Assembly: GCF_009914755.1 (NCBI RefSeq)
Contig: NC_060938.1
Length of the DNA: 64,000 nucleotides
Source: the human T2T-CHM13v2.0 reference genome, Homo sapiens
Direction: 5' to 3' (one strand)
Below are positions 1-11,955 of the stretch, one piece after another. Under the pieces are notes generated by a model, which searched no databases, had not been told where the DNA came from, and worked only from the letters and a program-made list of their open reading frames with translations. Every line of letters starts with the position of its first letter. The stretch's first letter is position 1. A program made the translations under genes and the position numbers.

Positions 1-3000
1 GAAAAAATGGAATCGAATGGAATTGTATGGAATTGAATCGAATGGAAACAAATGGCATTGAATGGAATCGAATGGAATGTGCTGAAGTGGAATGGAGTGG
101 AATGGAATGGGGTGGAATGGAATTCAATGGAGTGGAGTGGAGTGGAATGGAATTGAATGGAATGGAATCGGAAGGCATGGAATTGAATGGAGTGTAGTGG
201 AGTGGAGTGGAATGGAATGGAATGCATTGGAATGGAATAGAATGCAATGGAATGGAATGGAATGGTGAAATGAAATGTGAGCTGAGATTGTGCAGTGCAG
301 TGCAGCCTGGTTGATAGAGTGAGATCCTGTTGAAAGAAAGGATTGGAATGGAATGGATTTAGAATGGAATGTAATGGAATGGAGTGGAATGAAGTGGCGT
401 GGAGTGGAGTGGAGTGCAGTGGAATGGAGTGGTATGGATTGTTATGGAACGGAATGTAATGGAGTGGAGTGTATTGGAGTGGGGTGGAATGGAGTGGACT
501 GGAATGGAGTGGAATGGAATGGGATGGAATGGAATGGAGTGGAGAGGAGTGGAAATTTATAGAATGGAATGGAATGGAATGGAGTTGACTGGAGTGGAGT
601 GGAGTTGAGTGGAGTGCAGTGGAATGGAGTGTAGAGGAATAGAGTGGAATGGAGTGTAGTGGGGTGGAGTGGAGTGGAATGGAATGGAATGGAATGAAAT
701 GGAATGGAATCGAAAGGGATGGAATGGAATGGAATGGAATGGTGACATGAAATGTTAACTAAGATTGTGCACTGAACTCCAGCCTGGGTGACAGAGTGAG
801 ATCCCATCAAAAGAAAGGAGTGGAATGGAATGGATTTACAATGGAATGGAATGCAATTGAGTGGAGTGGAGTGCAGTGGCGTGGAGTGGAGTGGAGTGGA
901 GTGGAACTGAGTGGTATGGATTGTTATGGAATGGAATGGAATGGAGTGGAGTGGAGTGGAGTGGATTGGAGTGGAATGGAGAGGAATGGAATGGGATGGA
1001 ATGGTATTGAGTGGAGTGGAATGGAGTGGAAAGGTGTAGAATGGAATAGAATGGAATATAGTGGATTGGAGTGGAGTGGAGGGGAGTTGAGTGCAGTGGA
1101 ATGGAACAGAGTGGAATGGAGTGGACTGCAGTGGAATGGAGAACACTGGAGTGGAGTGGAGTGGAATGGAGTGGAGTGGAGTGAAGTGGAGTGGAATGGA
1201 ATGGAGTGGAGTGGAATGAAATGGAGTGGATTGGAATGGACTGGAGTGGAGTGGAATGGACTGGAGTGGAATGGAATGGAATGGACTGGAATGGAATGGT
1301 ATGGGGTGGAGTGGAATGTAATTGAGTGCAGTGGAATGGAGTGGAATTGAGTGGAGTGGAATGGAGTGGAATGGACTGAAGTGGAGTGGAATGGAGTGGA
1401 ATGGAATGGAATGGGGTGGAGTGGAGTGGAATGGAGTGCAGTTCAATGGAGTGGAGTGGAGTGGAATGGAATGGAATGAATTGGAATGGAATCGAAAGGA
1501 ATCAAATGGAATGGAATGGAATGGAGTGGAATGGAACGGAATGCGGTGAAATGTGGAGTGGAGTGGAATGGTGTGCAATGGAATGGGGTGGAATGGAATT
1601 GAGTGGAGTGGAGTGGAGTGGAATGGAATGGAATGAATTGGAATGGAATCAAAAGGAATCAAATGGAATGGAATGGAATGTGGTGAAATGGTGTGGAGTG
1701 GAGTGGAATGAAGTGGAATGGAATGGGGTGGAATCGAATTCAATGGAGTGGAGTGGAATGGAGTGGAGTGGAATGGAAAGGGAAGGAATGGAATGGAACG
1801 GAGTGGAGTGGAGTGGAGTGAAGCGGAATGGAATGGAATAGAATGGAATGGAATGGAATGGAATGGAATGGAATGGAATGGAATGGTGAAATGAAATGTG
1901 AGCTGAGATTGTGCACTGCACTGCAGCCTGGGTGACCTAGTGAGATCCTGTCAAAAGAAAGGAATGGAATTGAATGGATTTAAAATGGAATGGAATGGAA
2001 TGGAGTGGAGTAGAGTGGATTATCATGGAGTGGAGTGGAGTGGAGTGGAGTGGAATGGTGTGGTATGGATTCTTATGGAATGGAATGGAATGGAGTGCAG
2101 TGGAGTGGAGTGGGGTGTAGTGGAGTGGAATGGAATGGAGTGGAATGGAATGGGATGGGATGGAATGGAGTGGAGTGGAAAGGTGTAGAATGGAGTGGAA
2201 TGGAATGGAGTGCAGTGGACTGGAGTTGAGTGGAGTGGATTGAAGTTGAGTGGAGTGGATTGGAGTGCAGTGGAATGGAGTGGAATGGAATGGGGTGGAA
2301 TGGAATTCAATGGAGTGGAGTGGAGTGGAATGGAATCAAATCGAATGGAATGGGAAGGAATGGAATTGACTGGAGTGGGGTGGAGTGGAGTGGAATGGAA
2401 TGCAATGGAATGGAATGGAATGCATTGGAATGGAATGGAATGGAATGGAATGGAATGGAATGGAATGGAATGGAATGGGGAAATGAAATATGAACTGAGA
2501 TTGTGCACCTCAGCGCAGCCTGGGTGATAGACTGAGACCCTGTCAAAAGAAAGGAATGGAAAGGAATGGATTTAGAATGGAATGGAGTGGATTGGAGTGG
2601 CGTGGAGTGGAGTGGAGTGAAGTGGAATGGAGAGGTATGGATTGTTATTGAATGGAATGGAGTGGAGTGGAGTGGAGTAGTGGGAGGTGGAATGGAGAGG
2701 ACTGGAATGGAGTGGGATGGAATGGAATGGAGTGGAGTGGAGAGGAAATGTGTAGAATGGAATGGAATGGAATGGAGTTGAGTGGAGTGGAATGGAGTTG
2801 AGTGGAGTGGAATGGAATGGAATGGAGAGGAATGGAGTGCAGTGGAATGGAGGGGAGTGGAATGGAGTGGAGTGGGGTGGAGTGGAGTGGAATGGAATAG
2901 AAAGGAATGGAATGGAATGCAATGGAATGGAATGGAATGGAATGGAATAGAATGGTGAAATGAAATGTGAGCTGAGATTGTGCACTACACTCCAGCCTAG

Positions 3001-6000
3001 GTGACAGAGTGAGATTCCGTCAAAAGAAAGGAATGGAATGGAATGGATTTACAATGGAATGTAATGTAATTGAGTGGAGTGGAGTGGAGTGGAGTGGCGT
3101 GGAGTGGAGTGGATTGGAGTGGAATTGAGTTGTATAGATTTTTATGGAATGGAATGGAATGGAGTGGAGTGGGGTGGAGTGGAGTGGAATGGAATGGAAT
3201 GGAATGAAATGGAATGGAATCGAATGGAATGGAATGGAATGGAATGGAATGGAATGGAATGGAATGGAATGGAATGGAATGGTGACATGAAATGTTAGCT
3301 AAGATTGTGCACTGAACTCCAGCCTGTGTGACAGAGTGAGATCCCATCAAAAGAAAGGAGTGGAATGGAATGGATTTACAATGGAATGGAATGGAATTGA
3401 GTGGAGTGGAGTGGAGTGGAGTGGACTGGAGTGGAATGGAATGGGATGGAATGGTATTGAGTGGAGTGGAATGGAGTGGAAAGGTGTAGAATGGAATAGA
3501 ATGGAATATAGTGGATTGGAGTGGAGTGGAGGGGAGTTGAGTGCAGTGGAATGGAATGGAGTGGAATGGAGTGGACTGCAGTGGAATGGAGAACACTGGA
3601 GTGGAGTGGAGTGAAGTGGAGTGGAATGGAATGGAGTGGAGTGGAATGAAATGGAGTGGATTGGAATGGACTGGAGTGGAGTGGAATGGACTGGAGTGGA
3701 ATGGAATGGACTGGAGTGGAATGGTATGGGGTGGAGTGGAATGTAATTGAGCGCAGTGGAATGGAGTGGAATTGAGTGGAGTGGAATGCAGTGGAATGGA
3801 CTGGAGTGGAGTGGAATGGAGTGGAATGGAATGGGGTGGAGTGGAGTGGAATGGAGTGCAGTTCAATGGAGTGGAGTGGAGTGGAATGGAATGGAATGAA
3901 TTGGAATGGAATCGAAAGGAATCAAATGGAATGGAATGGAAAGGAGTGGAATGGAACGGAATGCGGTGAAATGTTGTGGAGTGGAGTGGAATGGTGTGGA
4001 ATGGAATGGAGTGGAATGGAATTGAGTGGAGTGGAGTGGAGTGGAATGGAATGGAATGAATTGGAACGGAATTGAAAGGCATCAAATGGAATGGAATGGA
4101 GTGGAATGGAACGGAATGCGGTGAAATGTTGTGGATTGGAGTGGAATGGTGTGGAATGGAATGGTGTGGAATGGAATTGAGTGGAGTGGAGTGGAGTGGA
4201 ATGGAATGGAATGAATTGGAATGGAATCGAAAGGAATCAAATGGAATGGAATGGAATGGTGTGGAATGGAATGGAATTGAATGGTGTGGAATGGAATGGA
4301 ATGAGGTGAAATGGTGTGGAGTGGAGTGGAATGGAGTGGAATGGAATGGGGTGGAATCGAATTCAATGGAGTGGAGTGGAATGGAGTGGAGTGGAATGGA
4401 AAGGGAAGGAATGGAATGGAACGGAGTGGAGTGGAGTCGAGTGAAGCGGAATGGAATGCAATGGAATGGAATGGAATGGAATGGTGAAATGAAATGTGAG
4501 CTGAGATTGTGCACTGCACTGCAGCCTGGGTGACCTAGTGAGATCCTGTCAAAAGAAAGGAATGGAATTGAATGGATTTAAAATGGAATGGAATGGAATG
4601 GAGTGGAGTAGAGTGGATTATCATGGAGTGGAGTGGAGTGGAGTGGAGTGGAATGGTGTGGTATGGATTCTTATGGAATGGAATGGAATGGAGTGCAGTG
4701 GAGTGGAGTGGGGTGTAGTGGAGTGGAGTGGAATGGAATGGGATGGAATGGAATGGAGTGGAGTGGAAAGGTGTAGAATGGAGTGGAATGGAATGGAGTG
4801 GAGTGGACTGGAGTTGAGTGGAGTGGATTGGAGTGCAGTGGAATGGACTGGAATGGAATGGGGTGGAATGGAATTCAATGGAGTGGAGTGGAGTGGAATG
4901 CAATCAAACCGAATGGAATGGGAAGGAATGGAGTAGACTGGAGTGGAGTGGAGTGGAGTAGAATGGAATGGGATGGAATGGAATGGAATGCAATGGAATG
5001 GAATGGAATGCATTGGAATGGAATGGAATGGAATGGAATGGAATGGAATGGAATGGAATGGGGAAATGAAATATGAACTGAGATTGTGCACCTCAGTGCA
5101 GCCTGGGTGATAGAGTGAGACCCTGTCAAAAGAAAGGAATGGAAAGGAATGGATTTAGAATGGAATGGAGTGGAGTGGAGTGGCGTGGAGTGGAGTGGAG
5201 TGCAGTGGAATGGAGAGGACTGGAATGGAGTGGGATGGAATGGAATGGAGTGGAGTGGAGTGGAGAGGAGTGGAGTGGAGTGGAGTGGAATGGAGTGGAG
5301 TGGAATGAAATGGAGTGGATTGGAATGGACTGGAGTGGAGTGGAATGGACTGGAGTGGAATGGAATGGACTGGAGTGGAATGGTATGGGGTGGAGTGGAA
5401 TGTAATTGAGTGCAGTGGAATGGAGTGGAATTGAGTGGAGTGTAATAGAGTGGAATGGACTGGAGTGGAGTGGAATGGAGTGGAATGGAATGGAATGGGT
5501 GGAGTGGAATGGAGTGCAGTTCAATGGAGTGGAGTGGAGTGGAATGGAATGGAATGAATTGGAATGGAATCAAAAGGAATCAAATGGAATGGAATGGAAA
5601 GGAGTGGAATGGAACGGAATGCGGTGAAATGTTGTGGAGTGGAGTGGAATGGTGTGGAATGGAATGGAGTGGAATGGAATTAAATGGAGTGGAGTGGAGT
5701 GGAGTGGAGTGGAATGGAATGGAATGAATTGGAATGGAATCGAAAGGAATCAAATGGAATGGAATGGAATGGAATGGAGTGGAATGGAATGGAATGCGGT
5801 GAAATGGTGTGGAGTGGAGTGGAATGGAGTGGAATGGAATGGGGTGGAATCGAATTCAATGGAGTGGAGTGGAATGGAGTGGAGTGGAATGGAAAGGGAA
5901 GGAATGGAATGGAACGGAGTGGAGTGGAATGGAAAGGGAAGGAATGGAATGGAACAGAGTGGAGTGGAGTGGAGTGAAGCGGAATGGAATGCAATGGAAT

Positions 6001-7216
6001 GGAATGGAATGGAATGGAATGGAATGGAATGGAATGGTGAAATGAAATGTGAGCTGAGATTGTGCACTGCACTCCAGCCTGGGTGACCTAGTGAGATCCT
6101 GTCAAAAGAAAGGAATGGAATTGAATGGATTTAAAATGGAATGGAATGGAATGGAATGGAATGGAGTGGAGTAGAGTGGATTATCATGGAGTGGAGTGGA
6201 GTGGAGTGGAATGGTGTGGTATGGATTCTTATGGAATGGAATGGAATGGAGTGCAGTGGAGTGGAGTGGGGTGTAGTGGAGTGGAGTGGAATGGAGTGGA
6301 AAGGAATGGGATGGAATGGAATGGAGTATAGTGGAAAGGTGTAGAATGGAGTGGAATGGAATGGAGTGGAGTTGATTGAAGTTGAGTGGAGTGGATTGGA
6401 GTGCAGTGGAATGGAGTGGAATGGAGTGGAGTGGAATGAAGTGGAGTGGAGTGGAGTGGAATGGAGTGGAATGGAATGGAGTGAAATGGAATGTAAATGA
6501 AATCAAGTGGAATCAAATGGAATGGAATGGAATGGAATGGAATGGAATGGAATGGAATGGTATCGAATGGAATCGATTGGAATGCGGTGAAGTGGAGTGG
6601 AATGGAGTGGAATGAAGTGGAATGGAATGGGGTAGAATGGAATTGAATGGAGTGGAGAGGAGTGGAGTGGAAGGTAGTGGAGTGGAATGTAATGGGGAGG
6701 AATGGAATTGTACGGAGTGGAGTGGAATAGAATGGAATACAATGGCATGGAATGGAATGGTGAAAAGAAATGTGAACTGCGATTGTGCACTGCACTCCAG
6801 CCTGAGTGACAGAGTGAAATCCTGTCGAAAGAAAGGAAGGGAATGGAGCGGATTTATTATGGAATGTAATGGAATGGATTTAGAATGGAATGGAATGCAA
6901 TGGAGTGGAGTGGAGTGGAGTGGATTGGAGTGGAGTGGAATGGAGTGGAATGGAATTGAGTGGAGTGGAATGGAATGGAATGGAATGGAACGGAATGGAA
7001 TGGAATGGAGTGGAATGGAGTGGAATGGAGTGTATTGGAGTGGAATGGAATGGAGTGGAATGGAGTGGAGTGGAGTGGAATGGAGTGAAGTGGAATGGAA
7101 TGGAATGCGGTGAAGTGGAGTGCAGTGGAGTGGAATGAAGTGGAATGGAATGGAGTGGAATGGAACTGAATAGCGTGGAGTGGAGTGGAGTGGAATGGAG
7201 TGTAGTGGAATGGAAT
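1..7216 (+). repeat. Divergent human Satellite III (HSat3)-type array, (GGAAT/GGAGT)n, G-rich strand on +
   Basis: Continuous GGAAT/GGAGT pentamers with typical ATCGAAT variants; runs off the window start and ends abruptly at ...GGAATGGAAT|TTCGCCGTAG. Confidence 0.95.
277..6834 (+). repeat. Ten copies of a ~63-bp Alu right-arm 3'-end fragment embedded in the satellite (starts ~277, 754, 1898, 2490, 2967, 3294, 4496, 5073, 6049, 6772)
   Basis: Each reads ~GTGAGCTGAGATTGTGCACTGCACTCCAGCCTGGGTGACAGAGTGAGATCCTGTCAAAAGAAAG, matching the Alu end GTGAGCCGAGATCGCGCCACTGCACTCCAGCCTGGGCGACAGAGCGAGAC...AAAA with CpG->TpG decay. Confidence 0.93.
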
Positions 7217-7217
7217 T

Positions 7218-7825
7218 TCGCCGTAGATAAAAACTAGTATTTCCGCCTACCATTGAGTGTACTTATAGCTAACCAAAATGGCACTCTGTCTCGGGAATAC
7301 AGATTTGCCTAGAGGTATCCTATTGCAGTCAAAGAAAGAGCAATGAGGGATAGAAAAGGTTAGTGATGGAGACACCAAAGCTGCATTTTACAAAAAAACA
7401 ATGTAAAACTTTACGGATTGGTTCTGCTAACTTACTACAGTTTACATTCCTCTCAGGTGGGAGAATTGTTGAGTTTTTTCTTAAGATAGAAAAGCAATTC
7501 AGATAATCTGAAATCTCCACAAGAAGGATAAGAAGCACAGCAGAAACTATTCTAGGCAGGAAGTCAATCCTTTCAACTGTCTGTGCTCCATAGAAACAAT
7601 TGTCTGCACTGGGAGTCACATGCGGTACAGACAAGAGCCAGACCTCTGATCCTCTCATTAGTGATTTCAGAAGAAATTACCAGTCAACTGAGTAATTCGC
7701 TGACTAAAGTATACATTTGGCACTGAAAGAGGTTAGACGGATAACTATTTGTATCACCATATTCATGAAGCTGGAATGTTTTCCATTACTCCTATCACAT
7801 CCGAATGGAAGATTTTAAAAGCTCT
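7218..7825 (-). pseudogene. Possible highly degraded vomeronasal type-1 receptor (V1R/VN1R-like) pseudogene, truncated at the satellite
   Basis: Minus-strand fragments in different frames (IFHSDVIGVMENI, RGLALVCTAC, FLWRFQII, ILVFIYG) occur in the order of V1R TM1, TM3, TM4 and TM5 motifs. Many stops and frameshifts; weak call. Confidence 0.25.
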
Positions 7826-8836
7826 CTCATCTTGTAAGATGGATATGAAAGAACATTTTCTGGGAAATGAAATTATTAACGCACCTGCGAGGTGGATGGA
7901 AGAGAAAAAAAAGAATAATCAGCTTGAGTTCTTCTCCTTGATAAGACAACTCATTAAAAACATAGAGAGAAAAATACGTTTAAAATAATTAACCAGAAGA
8001 CAACTCTAGAGTTTTTAAATGGCTGATAAGATTTTAATTTGCTGCAAGATGAAAATAACTATATTGCTTGTGTTTTAAGGCACATAATGAGCAATTATAT
8101 CACACATGATAGATTCAGCAGTAAAATATTATTCTTTAACAGGTGGAACTCATAAAAGCATAGCACAATGTGAAGATGGAATTTGCTAAAATAAATCATC
8201 TTCTGAAAACTACTATTCTGTAAATTTAAAAACAAAGTTTATATGTTATTTGACTTATTTAATAGGTCTGTGAAAAAAATGAGATATTTGAAAAGTAGGT
8301 GTTACCTTAATTAGTTCTTTATATTAGACAGCTGGTTACAGTAATGCACAGTAAGGTGCTACATACAAATATTGCTAAATTTTCTGCATATACTATATAT
8401 TTAGCTTAAATTATTTGAAATTTTATAGTTAAAGCAACAAATGTATATTTAAATGTTTTGACACAAATTACAAATATACCTTTAAAAAGCGTCTTACACT
8501 CTAAATATTATTTGTCACCTACATATTTGTCTTTTCTCTATAGGAAAGTTTAAATTTTTCCCTTGAAGCTTTAATTATTTCAGTCTATAAAACAAACAGA
8601 TAATGTTCAAATCAACAGGAAAAAAAGGTTTACAGATACGTGCACAAGTATGCACTTGGAGTTTACATAATATATATATAAATATATATACAAATATTTA
8701 TATATTATAAATATATATACAAATATTTGTATATTATAAATAGATATACAAATATATACTATATATATAAAAACTCCAGGAATGGCAAGGTAGTCAACAC
8801 GCCTATGCTGTATTGAGGTTACAGAAAACACAGACC

Positions 8837-9495
<659 letters not shown>

Positions 9496-10470
9496 TCTGC
9501 ATATGTACAATAAATATTATTGTGATTTTTAATCTTTAAACTTCTGTGGAGAAAACACAGGTGTGATTTCTAGTGTAGCTGAACATCACATATATTTGAC
9601 AATATTGTGCTTTGTGTGTGTGTGTGTGTGTAGCTACTCTTTACCTTTGTTCTCACTTAATGATTACATATTAACAATTAATACAGTAACATGTATGTTT
9701 TGCAATATTTCTCCATGTTATGCTTTAAATTAGATTAATCATGCCCCTATAATGTGTACACTTTAACCCTTGACTATAGGTCTCAATCTTACTTTGGCTC
9801 CTGTATTTGAATTTATGATAATAAAGTCCTACAGCTAAAAAGGATTATATAAACTTATCTACATTTTTACTAGTATTCTGGTGTCATTTTAAATTATGTA
9901 ATGAAATCAAATTTTAATTTGGATTATTGTTATCTGAGTTAAGGATCTAAATTTCTAGTTTTCTTATAGATGTTACATAACTATTTCTGAACCATATATT
10001 GACTAATCTGTCCTTTATATGATGTGCATTATAAGAGCTTGGGATTGATTCATTTGCAAAGATGAATGCTTGAGAAGTAGATATTTAATCTTAACATTTC
10101 AAAATCTACTGGATAACCTAGAATTGAAAAATAGCCTACAGGTTGAAAAACTCCTGTAGTGAAGAAAGAAAATAACTAATATAAAGTGACAATATAAATA
10201 AGTATTTATTTTATTATCACCCTGAAATTTGATAATACAAACATGTAATATCTACATATCATCCATATATCAGGTCATAAAAAATCAATGCATTCTTCAA
10301 AAATTTACCATAACAGAAAATGCACTCTCTCTCCTTGATGGAATTAAGTTACAAATAAAAGTAAAAATAAGTAGATAAGTAGATGGAAGTAGATGTTTAA
10401 AAACAAAGAAAAATACTTGTTTTGGATAACATAAAAACTCAATTGACAATTCCAATATTTCAAGAACTTT

Positions 10471-10660
10471 GAGCTGTCAACCGGTGGAGAGTTTTCCCCA
10501 GGAGACATTTGTCAATGTCTAGGGTTATTGTGGGGATGTCAAGACTGGTGGAGGTGTGAAATTTAGAGGTCAAACGAAACACCTAGCATTGCTAGGGCAG
10601 CCTCCCACAGCAAAGAATCCTCTGGTCCTAAAGGTAAGTACACCAAGGTTGAGAAACCGT
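10471..10660 (+). mobile_element. MER20 DNA transposon relic
   Basis: TCAACCGG...CCCCAGGAGACATTTGTCAATGTCT...CCCACAGCAAAGAAT...AGGTTGAGAAACC resembles MER20. Confidence 0.75.
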
Positions 10661-10773
10661 AATATAGAAAGTAAACACTATGTAGCTATTCCAAGTGCTC
10701 AGGAAAACACATCAGTGCCCTCGAGGGGAAAAGCGTAAACATTTTAATTGCTGTACATGGTGACACAAATCCA

Positions 10774-11230
10774 TGTTGTTAATCTAAGTGGAAGGGGCTG
10801 AAGCACGAAACGTAATTCAAAGAGTTTACTTGAGCCAAAATGAGGACAGCTGCCTGGAAGAAACAGACCCAAGTATCCTTGGATATGAACTCCATTTGGA
10901 GCTTTGCAACAAGCAGTTTCTTAAAGGCAAAAAAGGGATAAGAAGTGGGATGATGCAAAGAGGTTTGTCACAAATTATCATTGGCTTATGGAAATCACAT
11001 TTATTAGTGACTGGCTATACACTGTTACACTATTATTGGGTGTGGATTGTAGTGTCTGGTGTGGCATTATTGATTAATTTATAGCTACTGTGGCAACAGC
11101 AAGCAGCCTAGATGAACACACAGCTCAAAGAGGAGCAGGACAGAACTGCTGTCTCATTTGAATAACTCTCTGGGCCTGATTATTTCAAAGGACTTGCTTT
11201 TCTCACATGAAAGTTATTTTCTTTTCTCAA
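10774..11230 (-). mobile_element. ERV1 MER4-group solo LTR (subfamily not resolved)
   Basis: TGT...CA termini; internal GAGTTTACTTGAGCCAAAATGAGGACAGCTGCCTGG is typical of MER4-group LTRs. Confidence 0.5.
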
Positions 11231-11414
11231 TGTCAATAAATGAGAATAAATAGACATAAAATAGATCTTTTCGAGGATGAAGTAAATGGTATAAAAAACA
11301 AAACCCAAGCTGACCAGAAATCATAGAGGGAAGAAAAGGTTATAAATATATGGATTTTTCAAAGTGATGTTAAGCTATTAGGAATCAGTTAAATGTTGGG
11401 GGATTTTGTCTGAG

Positions 11415-11955
11415 TATAGGCTAAAGGAGAATGTCCCTTTTGCCTTCTGAAGTTTCCCTGAAAATCACTAATAGGAGGCAGATAAATAGTAGAAAAGGCA
11501 TACAGGTTTCGGCAATGTGTGTACACTGGAGCCCTTAGAATGAAGACCCACACACAAGATGGGTGCAGAAGCTTGTCTACCACACGAAGTTTACAGAAAG
11601 AATGGGGTCTTGGATCACAGGAAAAAAAAAGATTATGTGAGAAAAGGACTCTGACTAGCAACAGTGGACTTATTACGTAGGTGAAACCTCACTGGGAGCA
11701 GTCCTCAGAGAGAATAGAGAGAAAATGTTTCTTTCAGACCTTTGGAGACCTCAGACGCTCAGTTAACCTTTCCTAGATCCAGACAAATTAGCAGACCTCA
11801 GAGAAAGCCTGGCTGCATCAAAGTAGATTCTCTACAGATGCAAATCTCCCCAAGACAGTTTTGCAGCTAAGTTTGCATTTCCAGCCCTTCTGAATAGCCA
11901 TTTTGATATATATCACGGAAATACATTTTGGGGTAAAATATATTGGATTCCTTCA
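11415..11955 (-). mobile_element. MER34-family solo LTR
   Basis: Ends in TTTTGGGGTAAAATATATTGGATTCCTTCA (reverse of the MER34 start); contains CTCTACAGATGCAAATCTCCCC and GAAAAGGCATACA...AGAATGAAGACCC. Confidence 0.8.

Noticed and set aside
277-6834. CRISPR-like appearance (conserved repeats separated by variable spacers)
   Set aside because: The repeats are Alu-derived, the spacers are 260-1140 bp of repetitive satellite, there are no cas genes, and the context is primate.
353-7253. Dozens of long ORFs (MEWNG.../HSIPF..., up to 505 aa)
   Set aside because: These are translations of stop-free GGAAT/GGAGT pentamers in all frames, with no coding signal.
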